Below, piece after piece: positions 46,838 through 57,710 of a stretch of DNA of 64,000 nucleotides. This DNA is from Paraspadella gotoi (taxonomy: Eukaryota; Animalia; Chaetognatha). Each line of letters opens with the position of its first letter. The stretch's first letter is position 1. Both the position numbers and the translations under genes were made by a program. The notes under the pieces are model-generated. The model made no database searches and was not told the DNA's origin. It was given only the letters and a program-made list of their open reading frames with translations. Location of the stretch: assembly GCA_051294375.1 (NCBI GenBank), contig CM119263.1, positions 1,391,690 through 1,455,689 on the forward strand, written 5' to 3'.

Positions 46838-47047
46838 CTTACCTGATCGAACTACGTGAGGTAAGGCGCCGGCTTCCATCTTACCTGATCGTACTGCGTG
46901 AGGTAAGGCGCAGGCTTCCAACATACCTGATCGTACTGCTTTAGGTAAGGCGCGGGCTTCCGACCTACCTGATCGTACTGCTTTAGGTAAGGGGCGGGCT
47001 TCTGACTTACCTGATCGTATTGCGTTAGGTAAGGCGCCGGCTTCCAA
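46838..47047. repeat. 5 x 42-bp palindromic tandem repeat (CTTACCTGATCGTACTGCGTGAGGTAAGGCGCCGGCTTCCAT)
   Basis: Units start at 46838, 46880, 46922, 46964 and 47006; each carries a CTTACCT-like/AGGTAAG inverted pair. Confidence 0.95.
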
Positions 47048-47726
47048 CTCAAGTCCAGTTCCGATTGCAATTTCTTGTCTCTTCGTCGATTCCGACAAAC
47101 GATGGTGACGCCGACGATGACGAAGATGACGCCGACGACGATGACGATGATGAGGATGACGATGCCGGGGTCTGAGAGAAGGAGGGAGGGAGGAAGGGAG
47201 GGAGGAAGGGAGGGAGTGAGGGACGGAGCGAGGAAGGGAGGGAGAAGAGGAGGAAGGAAGAGAGGAATGGAGAGAGGAGAGAGGAGGAAGGATGAGTGAG
47301 GAGAGAGAGAGGGAGTGAGAATGGAAGGGAGGGGAGAAAAGAGAAAGGAAGTGAGGGAGCGAGTAAAGGAAGGAGGGAGAGAGGGAGTGAGGGAGGAAGG
47401 GAGGGGAGAAAAGAGAAAGGAAGAGAGGGAGCGAGTGATGGGAGAAGAGAAGAAAAAATAAAATTGAAATTAAAAGGAAAAGGAATCATAAGCGCTGAAT
47501 CTCATTCCGACCCATTCTGACCCCTAATGAAACGAATTATCGATCGAGCTGAAATCATGTTTCATTTGACATTTTTTCCTTACTTGCCATTATCACCCGA
47601 CCTTACTTGCTGTCTCTTGGTCCCACTTGTTGCAATCGCTCGTCCAAGATTCACATTCTTCGAACGATTCGCCGAATTCGCCCGAGACGCGCCCAAATTG
47701 AGAGAGAGAGAGAAGAGAGAGAGAGA

Positions 47727-47761
<35 letters not shown>

Positions 47762-47999
47762 AATTTTTTCGTTTTCTGGGTCAGCGAACTTTCAACTTTC
47801 GGTTCGTTGATTATCTTCTCGCATCCATCGACGACTAAAGCGGACGGAGGCCGACAAAGGCCAAAAACGGAAGAATATATATCTCTCTCTCTATCTCACA
47901 CTTTCTCTCTCACTCCTCTCTCTCTCTCTTCCCAACCTTCACCCACTTCACTTTCCTTCAAAACCTTTTTTTCTCATCGATTTACATCCGATTAACAAA

Positions 48000-48050
<51 letters not shown>

Positions 48051-48119
48051 TTTTCAACGCGTTTTTAAAATTCACGGTGTTCGAGACCTTGTGCTGACGA
48101 ACCGAGGGAAAGCGCGGAG

Positions 48120-48380
48120 GGAGAGGAATAGAGAGTTGAGGAGTAGGAGAGGAGTGGAGCAGAGTGAGAGAAGAGGAGCTGAAATTAGTAGAGGAGTAGG
48201 AAAGGAGAGGAGCAGAGAGAGAGAAGAGGCGCTGAAGTGAATAGAGGAGTAGGAGAGGATAAGAGCAGAGAGAGAGAAGAGGAGCTGAAGTGAATAGAGG
48301 AGTAGGAGAGGATAAGAGCAGAGAGAGAGAAGAGCAGCTGAAATGAGTAGAGGAGTAGGGGGAAAGGATAGGAGCTTTTT
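48120..48380. repeat. ~53-bp purine-rich tandem repeat, ~4-5 copies
   Basis: GAGGAGTAGGAGAGGA...GAGCAGAGAGAGAGAAGAGGAGCTGAA recurs. Confidence 0.85.
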
Positions 48381-48744
48381 GAAATATTCACTGTATTAAA
48401 AATACTAAAAATAAAAAATTTATCTTTAAATATAGGTAATATTTGAAATATTTGAAACAATCCTGATACATTTAAACAAATATTGTAGGAATGACTTATT
48501 TAAAAGGGTAAAGTTTTGATGGATATCTGTGTAACAGAAGCACGCGATATTCCCGAACCTTGGAAGAGTAGAACTGGAGCGGAAGTACACGTAATAGGAG
48601 CGGAAGTAGAGAGGATTAGGAGTAAAGAATAATATCAGGAACGAAAATACTTAGAAGCTCCTGCCTTCACACTTGGGTTAGGAGAATTAATTTATTTTTT
48701 TTATTTATTAATTCGGATCGACTTTGCGGGTTATAAACGGGGCG

Positions 48745-48820
48745 AGAACAGTACAGAACAGTTCAGAACAGTTCAGAACAGTTCAGAACAGTTCAGAACA
48801 GTTCAGAACAGTACAGAACA
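48745..48820. repeat. 10-bp tandem repeat CAGTTCAGAA x7
   Basis: Direct reading. Confidence 0.95.
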
Positions 48821-49422
48821 TGTACAAAGAATCACAGTGGAAATTAGATATGCAATTGTGTGCCGCTAAAAAACTTACGATGATCTCAAGGGACAAATTT
48901 AACTTCTATCATTTTATCGGTCACAGATACCAGTTAATTATTACCGGGTTTCCGACCCACAGTGGCCGTCTTTAGTCAATTCTATTACCGTCACGTTTTA
49001 AAGCCAACATAGCAGAAGACGACGACGACGACGACGACGACTATGACGCCAACCAACGAGACAACAATAAAAACAACAACAACAACGAAAAAACTCACCT
49101 ACTCCGGCCGATCCTGACTCGAGTCCGACCCAATCCGCCGAAAGATGTTACGGCCCTTCGGCTGGAACGTCCTCCGGCCCTTCCGCCTCCCCGCCCTCTC
49201 GCCTTCGCCCTTTCCGGCAGATTCGACCAAATTGTCGCCGTCAGGAAAATTAACAAAATTAGATTTAAACGCATAATTTTAATTTCATTTGAGTTTTTTA
49301 TTTTTTTTTAGGCGACAAAAAAAAAGAAGAGGAATAAAAAGAGAAAATGTGACATTGAAAGAAACTGGATTCGGTCACGAGGCCGTCGAGCGGGTTTGGC
49401 TTGGAGAAAGAGTGAGAGAGAG

Positions 49423-49507
<85 letters not shown>

Positions 49508-50378
49508 CACAACATTGGTTCAATTGGTCAAGTACATTTCTCATATCGAATAGATTTGCGGAGATATTTTGTATTGAAATATTTATATTCGCAGTTATAA
49601 TAATTAGCCTATCGCCAGTCTATACGGGTCGCGATTGGATGACCTCCGGATTTATAAAAACCAATGACCTAACGTGGGCTCCTCCTTTTTAACGCTTGCA
49701 ACTTTTTCAGTCGCTGCGACCTTGAAAGTAACTTTGCCAATGTGAAGTATTCGATTTTATAAAATCAAAATCCTTTAAGAGAGGACGACGAAGACGACGA
49801 CGACAATATCGACGAAGACAACGACGACGACGACGATGAAAACTTGATAGACGAGATTTTGTGGCGAAAACTCGTCCGATGATCGAACTGGAAATTGGAT
49901 GAAGCGATTCCCTTTTGTTATTTTTACCTTTTGTTTGTTTTGGGTTTAGACTTAGACGAAGGATTTAATGATTTATTGACAATTTTAACTTAAGTTATTA
50001 AAGAAGGGGATCGTAATGTTTTTATAAAAACAAAAAAACCTCGTCGCTGAGAAAAACAAGTACAATCTACAATTTGGTTTAAATTCGATAATAAAAACGT
50101 CAAAAATATAAAAAATAACTCAAGACTGAGCGATGAGAAAGACGCCAATCTATTCAATTATGTACAATTAACTTGTATGTACACAGTACAGGTTTTTTTT
50201 CTTTTTTAAAACAGAAATGGAATATTTAATTACAACCTCGATCATGTTGACGATTTTTAAACTAAAATATAAAATGATTGACGAACTTTTTTCTATGCGG
50301 ATTCGTTCTCATTGTTTGAAACGAGGCTCATGGCCAAGGACGAATTAGCTATTCCTTTTGTTTTTATCGATGGAGGCG

Positions 50379-50419
<41 letters not shown>

Positions 50420-50470
50420 TATATTGTCATCGCTTCGCTCCAAATGAGATTCGAGACAAANNNNNNNNNN

Positions 50471-50779
50471 GAGAAATAAAGGATTAAAACATACTATTGA
50501 AACATTCTTTGAAATATTATACCACTTCATTGATAGGGAAGCCAGGTACACTGGGACTCCCAGTGGGAGAGAATAAACAAAACTTGATTGAAAACCTGCA
50601 GGGACCTGCGATGTCATTATGAAATACAACCAATATAAAAATTATTCATTCATTTAATAAATAAGCTATCTTATAAGAGTGATGGAGGTCTTAAACCACC
50701 AAAGCCTGTCCAAAGTTAGGGGCAAGATGGCCTATTTATTAAATGAACGGATAATTGTTATATTGGTTGTATCAATTTC
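50471..50779 (-). mobile_element. Family A copy with an internal inverted duplication of its own end (50621-50672)
   Basis: Longest copy, abutting a 10-N gap; GAAATACAACCAATAT...GCTATCTT is the reverse complement of 50724-50779. Confidence 0.8.
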
Positions 50780-51554
50780 TTAAAGACATTTAATGAGACA
50801 GAATCCCCAGCTGAAAAAGCTTAAGGCCAAAAAACTTACTTTCTTACTCAGCTTCGCTCACGACAGATTCCCCTGTGCTAGCAATTCAGTCTCTTCTCAC
50901 TGTGAGACTAACCTCGTCAGTCACATACTTTGTCAGTCAGAAACGACCTTCTTTTCGGAGAGATAAAAGAGAGATAGAAAGAGAGAGTCAAAGAGACCTC
51001 TCTCTCTCTCACTTTCTCTCTCTCTCTCTGTTACTTTGTAAGTTTAGAAATCTCCCCCTCATAATATAGTATATCAAAATATTTAATTATGTACATATTA
51101 AAATTAAAATTCATGAAGCATATTGTTCTTACTATTACAGGACCATAGACCAATGTCCATAGATTTCTTAACTTTGCGAAGCGCTCCATTTTAGTTTATT
51201 AATCCCTGAACTTAATTTTATCCTTAATATTTAATCTTAATCTATTCCTAAACTCATAACTCTAATCCCCAAACCGAATCCTTAACACTAAGCCTAACAC
51301 CTAATTATTAATTTTTAACTCTAACCTTTAACCCTAATCTGTTTTAGTTAAAGATCTAGGGTAGAGAGTAGAGAAAGGTTTTAATGGATTATCGAGTATA
51401 GAGTGAAGCTCAGCGAGAGAAAACTGAAGAGAAAGAGATTGGCCAAACTGGAACAGAAAGTAATTTAACCTTGTGTTGGGTAGATTGCACCCTTTATTTT
51501 CAGAAGACATCACTAACGTTCCCGTCCCAAACATTGATAAATAATATTATATTT

Positions 51555-51610
51555 AGATAGCTTATTTATTAAATAAATGGATATTTTTTATATTGGTTGT
51601 ACCAATTTCA
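51555..51610 (-). mobile_element. Family A terminal 55-bp module joined to an unrelated body
   Basis: AGATAGCTTATTTATTAAAT.AATGGATA.TTTTTATATTGGTTGTACCAATTTCA. Confidence 0.75.
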
Positions 51611-51735
51611 TTTAAATATTCAACACAAAACTATTACTATATAACAAGTAAATAAAATCATATATAGTTATTTTTAAATCTTAAAAAAAATATAGATGGT
51701 AAAAAGAGCAATTTTGCAATTTTCATACTAAACTT

Positions 51736-52297
51736 TCATTCTAAACTAGTGACCTCGAGAATAAGGCTCTGAGTTGATTGAAGGCTTCTATCCGATAAAG
51801 GGCGCCATCTTATTTCCTCCCCCCCCCTCGTCGATGATGGAACGGAGACCGGGCTCGGAACTAAGCTTGGTGGGGTTACCAAGCCCAACCAAGCCGTGGT
51901 AAGGTCGTCCGTACTCTTCCCGTAAGGTAGGAAGCAGGTGGGGATCGATCCAGGTACATGAGCTTCACAAATGGAGCCACACTGAGGGAACGATGCCTGC
52001 ATGCAATTAGCCCTAGCCCATCTGTTCAAAATTAAATTAGATTTTATGGCAACAGCCGGGTTGCCTGTGATGCCCATTGGGATGGGGCATCTCACTGTTG
52101 GCTTTGGGGGTTTCCGACCCTCAGTGACGCCTCCAGTCACTGGCGCGGTTATCCTAGGACGGTCTCGCTTTGCCAACGCAGAGGGAAGTCGTTAGGACTG
52201 TGGATGGAACACTACACCTGGGATGGTGTGTTCCCCCTCTGAGACAATGGATTTGGCTGAAGGATGGTGGACGTGAGGCGGTGTGAATATACCACCA
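51736..52297 (+). other. GC-balanced, multi-hairpin segment (retrotransposon 5-prime UTR-like or structured RNA)
   Basis: At least 8 local stems, several with G-U pairs only on the plus strand; begins at an Inr-like TCATTC. Confidence 0.5.
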
Positions 52298-52737
52298 CAA
52301 TTTATAATTAAAATTATATAGGATAATTTTAAGAAAATGATATCTCTGGCTAAAAAAATAAATCAAGTATAGTTTCTCAAGAATAGTTTACCTGATATCA
52401 TATATCAGTTTAAAAATTGTTTTGTCTTCACCGAATAAAATATTAAACGAGTTAAAAAAGTTGACCTCGCCCTGTTTGTGTGTGTGGCTCGCCCTGTGTG
52501 TGGGCGGATTCTCCCTCGATCGGATTTCTATTTTTTTATCGGACGGCGATGATCGGTTGATATGACGACGTCAAGTGGCAGAGAAGAGGGTCAAGGCGTC
52601 GCGAGAGGTCAAGGCAATGAGGCCCAGTGGCTGTCGGAGCGCCGCCCGTGGTCACGTGATCATTGAGTCACGACGACGTCGATTTTGACTCTTGGAACTT
52701 TTTATGAAAATATTTAAAACTTTTTAAAAAATATTCT

Positions 52738-52776
<39 letters not shown>

Positions 52777-52782
52777 TATCTC

Positions 52783-52858
<76 letters not shown>

Positions 52859-53044
52859 AAAGAGCTGGATGCGTCAATAAACAATAAACATTATGATTCA
52901 GTATTTATTATTATTTTTCGCGATGAAACATAATTTATTATTTATTATTTATCTAATCTCATTCGTATTCTTTCCTGAAAACTTATTTCTTTTCCCATAA
53001 AACTTTTTTAGTACTTTTATCTGAGGGGAGAGGGAGGGAGGGAG

Positions 53045-53094
<50 letters not shown>

Positions 53095-53107
53095 AGGAGA
53101 GAGAGAA

Positions 53108-53152
<45 letters not shown>

Positions 53153-53979
53153 GACAGCTGCATATAAATGTGTTTTCATATGGAGAGAAACGAGAGTGAA
53201 ACCTTGTGAAGTAATTATTTTGTATATCAAGAGAAGGACGTATTGGCTCTTCACTACTCGTGACTCATGAGGTCTCACTTTTCTTTCCTTTCTTTTCTTT
53301 TCTTCTCCTCTTTCTCTTTCTTTTTCTTACCTCTTTCTATCCCTAATTCTTTTCCTTTTTCTTTTCTTTTATTACCTTTCCTTTTTCTTCCTTAGTTCAT
53401 TTTCATCTTGATTCTATCTTTTTCTTATTGTAAATCACTTTAGTGATTTACTTATTCCCTGAAATTGTACCATTCATTTTTAGTTCTTTTTTTTTCAATT
53501 TTTATTTTTGTCTATTTAACTTTTTCTTCCTACTAAAAGGATTTGTCTCTTACCTTCTCTACCATGATCATTTTCCCTTTACTTTCTATAGAAATTTGCT
53601 CTTCTGTCTTCATCAAAATAACAAATTTTTGCCTGTTTTAGTCTTAATAAACCAGATGGCTACAAACAAAAGAGCTTTTTGAAAAACAAAATAACAATCA
53701 GAGGTTTTATTTTTTTTTCTGAAATAAAAGAAGTCCCTTTAATTTTTTTTTTGTATTTTCAGCCTATTCTACTAGAGGGCTTTAAAAAGAAAGAAGCTTT
53801 TTGTAAAACAAAGGAACATTCAAAATAAACTAGATCTTCACTTGCACCTGCTCTTCAACAAAAAAATTTTATTTTATATTTGTAAAAAATATTTTTTTCT
53901 TATTCTATTTTATTTTATTCTATTTCTTATTCTATGTCTTGATGAAAGCATTTTAATCATATATAGGGATAGGGATAGG

Positions 53980-54179
53980 GATAGGGAAGCCAGGTACTCT
54001 GGGAGTGAATAAACAAGACTGTGAGAGAGTCTTGATTGAAAGCTTGCAGGGACCTGCTATGTCATTATCTTGTAAGAGTGATGGAGGCCTTAAACCACCA
54101 AATCCTGTCCAAAGTCAGGGGCAAGATAGCTTATTTATTAAATGAATGAATAATTTTTATATTGGTTGTACCAATTTCA
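53980..54179 (-). mobile_element. Family A copy
   Basis: Cleanest copy; preceded by a (GATAGG)x4 expansion at its boundary. Confidence 0.85.
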
Positions 54180-54717
54180 TATCATATATCGAAACAAAAA
54201 TAACATTGTTTTGATTTATAAGATATTTTTAAAAGTACCAAAATGCTATTAGTGCCGCAGTAACAGTTCAGTTTTAGCCCTTGAAAGTTATTTACATGTA
54301 TTGGCGCAGCCACTGGTTTCTTCTTTTCTGACTTATTGGCCCCGCGCCATTGCTTTTTCTTCTTCTTCTTCTTCTTCTTCTCCTTCTTTTTCTTCTTCCT
54401 ATTCTTTTTCTTTTGCTCTTTCTTTCCACTCTCTTTTTCTTCTTCTTCTTTTTCTTCTTCTTCTTCTTCTTTTTTATTTTTCTCTTGCTCTTTCTTTCCA
54501 CTTTCTTTTTCTTCTTCGTCTTTTTATTCTTCTTCTTCTTCTTTTTTATTTTTCTCTTGCTCTTTCTTTCCACTTTCTTTTTCTTCATTTTCTTCACACC
54601 TCGTACTTCTTAATAATTCATTTCAAAATCCTGCCCTCACTTTCCCTTCTTCTCCTTCAAAAGCGGAACTCAAGAATTGAATAAAGTTTTTCTAACTTTC
54701 TCGTCTTGTCAGAGTTG

Positions 54718-55080
54718 TTTTTTTAGTCGCGCGGCGAGTCCTCGCGGAGCAACTCTTCGGTCGGTCTGTCGATCGGTCCGTCTGTATGTCCGTCTGTCGG
54801 TATGTCCCACTTACGTTAAAAATACATATTATTGGTAATTTGTCATTTGTTAAGATAGAAAAAAACCTAAAATCTAAGGGACTGCTAACGTCGCCTTCAG
54901 GAAATCCTAAAACTATAAAGAATAAAAGACAGAATTTTGATGCAGTGCATGTCATAAATACACGGGCAATGAAAATTTTTAGTCATGTCCTGTCATGTCA
55001 TATCATGTGATCAAAGGTAAATACACTTGAAAAAAAAAGTCACTGCAGCGCAACACATTTGAATTACCGTTCATGTTTTA
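54718..55080 (+). mobile_element. Family B Helentron-associated element, most complete copy (fragments also at ~36385-36440 and ~62580-62650)
   Basis: TTTTTAGTCGCG...CGCGGAGCAACTC, (GTCG/GTCT)n, body shared with 8681-8925. Confidence 0.7.
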
Positions 55081-55146
55081 ATATTTATTTAACGATTAAG
55101 ATAATTGGGTTCAATTCTAAGTGCAGACGAACTTATTTCAAATGAC

Positions 55147-55192
<46 letters not shown>

Positions 55193-55249
55193 ACATCATC
55201 ATCATCGTCGTCAAACTCATAAACATCTTCACTGGATTTTGCTCAAAAT

Positions 55250-55372
55250 ATTTAATATTTCTCAGCGTCGGCCTTGTATCGGGCAACGTATAATTAATAT
55301 TTCTCAGCGTCGGCCTTGTATCGGGCAACGTATAATTTTTCGGCCTTGTATCGGGCAACGTATAATTTTTCG
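55250..55372. repeat. 42-bp tandem duplication plus truncated third unit (TCGGCCTTGTATCGGGCAACGTATAATT)
   Basis: Direct reading. Confidence 0.9.
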
Positions 55373-55558
55373 ATTTTGCAAAAAAAAAAAAAATTGATTC
55401 GAGATGGAAAAGTATCAAAAAAAAAAAAAGTCCCAAATCGATTTTTTCATCTTGACTGAGATTAAAAAAAAAACTCAAAATCAAAGGAAATTCGTGTAGA
55501 GAATTCCAAAGTGGAATCTTTTGAGTCACCGACGCCTCGCAGAAAAAAGTTGGATTCC

Positions 55559-55633
55559 CTTCAGGTCGGCCTCACTCCATCACTTCAGGTCGTCCTGACT
55601 CCATCACTTCAGGTCGGCCTCACTCCATCACTT
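55559..55633. repeat. 24-bp tandem repeat x3 (CTTCAGGTCGGCCTCACTCCATCA)
   Basis: Direct reading. Confidence 0.9.
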
Positions 55634-55874
55634 TTTTGGGAGGAATTTGTGCACGACTTTTCGTCGCCGTGATACGGAGGAGTTTCGCGCGTGAGATTCG
55701 GATCGACCTTGAGAGACTAGTCACGTGATTGCAACGAAGTCGCGTGATCGGAAATAATGTCAATGATATATTAACTCAGTCCTTTGATCTACCCCCAGTG
55801 AAGTGATCTGCACGCAGTGGGGTGATCGGCACCTCGTCACGTGATCTGCATGAAGTCACGTGAGAATTAAACGT

Positions 55875-56290
55875 TAAAATTGGCCATTAAAGTTGATCAT
55901 TAGAATTAGCCGTTAGAAACGGCCATTAGAATCAGCCATTAGAATGGGCCTTTTGATTCGTCCATTAGAATTGATCATTACTATTAACAATTAGAATTGG
56001 ATGTTAGAATTGGTCATTATAATTAGCCATTTGAATGGGCCTTTATATTTGGCTGTTAGAATTGTTCATTAGAATAAGCTGTTAAAAATGGCCATAAGAA
56101 TCAGCCGTTAAAATGCGCCTTTATGGCCTTTATGGCCGTTAGAATTGATCATTAGAATTAGATGTTAGAATTGGTTGTTACAATCAGCTGTTAGAATAGG
56201 CCTTTAGATTTGGTGATTAGAATTGGCCATTAGAATGGGCCTTTAGAATCAGCCGTTAAAATGGGCCTTTAGAATCGGCCGTTTGAATAA
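55875..56290. repeat. 13-bp degenerate minisatellite (TTAGAATTGGCCA), ~30 copies
   Basis: TTAGAAT core at a 13-bp period. Confidence 0.9.
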
Positions 56291-56480
56291 GCCTCTTAAA
56301 TCAACGATGAAATCGAAAATGCCTGTCGAGTTCGTGTGGGCGTCGGCATTGGCAATGGCCATTGTAGTTGGCATCAGGCATATGGCAAATTGCAGTTGGA
56401 ATTTGCTAGGGAAAGTTTCGACGTTGTTTCATTTGTTTGTGAGTCCGTCGTTGGAGAGAGAAGAGAAAGAGAGAGAGAGA

Positions 56481-56579
<99 letters not shown>

Positions 56580-57326
56580 AGGAGATAGTTTGGTGCTCGT
56601 GTGAAAGTAAAAGCGAGAATTGAGTTCAGGCTTAAAATTCGATGAGTGAGAGTGAGTCGAAATTTATTCTCGGGTTGACAAAAATTCCAAGCGGGCATCG
56701 GCGTGGGGGATGGAATCCTCGATATTTCGTGGCCATGGAATTGATGGAATCGATGGAATCGAAATATTCGATGGAATCGATGGAACCTTCGACGTATTGA
56801 ACCTAAAATCTCGCAACATCGTTTTCTTCTTCGTCATCGTCGTCGTTATCTTCGTCGTCGCCGTCGTCGTCATTGTCATTATCGTCATCGTCGTCATTTT
56901 CGTCTTCTTCGTCGTCACCTTCGTTGTCGTTATCGTCGTCGTCGTCGTCGCTTTTCGCTTTAACGACATCACGTCCGAAATATTAGATTCGCGTCGATGT
57001 TATTCTCTTGTTATTCAGTTTTTTCCCTTTTTTTATGAATGTTGTTTTTTTTTTGGTAAAGGCAGTGGTCGCTGTTGATGCTGCTGTTGCTGTTGAAGCT
57101 ACGTTGGTGCTGTTGATGTTGACGCTGTTGGTTCTACTGTTGCTTGGTGCCGTTGTTGCAGTTGTCGCTGTTACTGTTAGTGTTGCTGTTGTATTGTTTG
57201 TTCTGTTATCGTATTAGTGCTGCTGTTACTATTGGTGCTGCTGATTCTGCTGTTGCTGTTGGTGAAATTAAACTTTTTTTGAAAAAGAAAGAGAGAGACT
57301 GGCGAATTGTGAGGTATAACATTTAA

Positions 57327-57623
57327 CAGGCGGTGATGATTCTCACTCACCTTCATCGTGACGGCGGTGAATGATTCTCACTCACCTTCATCGGTGACAA
57401 GGCGGTGATGATTCTCACTCAACTTCATCGGTGACAGGCGGTGATGATTCCCACTCACCTTCATCGGTGACAGGCGGTGATGATTCTCACTCACCTTCAT
57501 CGGTGACAGGCGGTGATGATTCTCACCACCTTCATCGGTGACAGGCGGTGATGATTCTCACTCACCTTCTTCGTGACAGGCGGTGATGATTCTCACTCAA
57601 CTTCATCGGTGACAGGCGGTGAT
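57327..57623. repeat. 36-bp tandem repeat x8 plus partial (CAGGCGGTGATGATTCTCACTCACCTTCATCGGTGA)
   Basis: Head-to-tail units without spacers; sporadic 1-bp indels. Confidence 0.95.
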
Positions 57624-57710
57624 TCGAACTCCGGTCGCTGACCCGTTGAAGGAATCCACGGGCGTCAAGGTTTTCACAACAATGGAAATTTTTCGTTTGA
57701 CGATGGAAGA

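Noticed and set aside
46838-47047. 42-bp palindromic repeat as CRISPR
   Set aside because: The inter-hairpin segments are 14 bp and homologous to one another, not unique spacers; the context is eukaryotic.
50870-50925. Minus-strand CTGACGA...AGTCTC/GAGACT...GAA as a second hammerhead
   Set aside because: Four extra nucleotides precede helix II, GAAT replaces GAAA, and there is no NUH/helix I.
51845-51885. Minus-strand GTTCCGAGCCCGG as a twister ribozyme core
   Set aside because: The complementary P4 strand and the pseudoknot partners are missing.
54245-54265. TAGTGCCGCAG similarity to miR-252
   Set aside because: The seed is absent and there is no hairpin; I did not spot any conserved miRNA (including Hox-cluster miRNAs) by eye, although that scan is not exhaustive.
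57327-57623. 36-bp repeat as a CRISPR array or box C/D snoRNA cluster
   Set aside because: Units are head-to-tail with no unique spacers and no cas genes; GTGATGA resembles box C but there is no CTGA box D.
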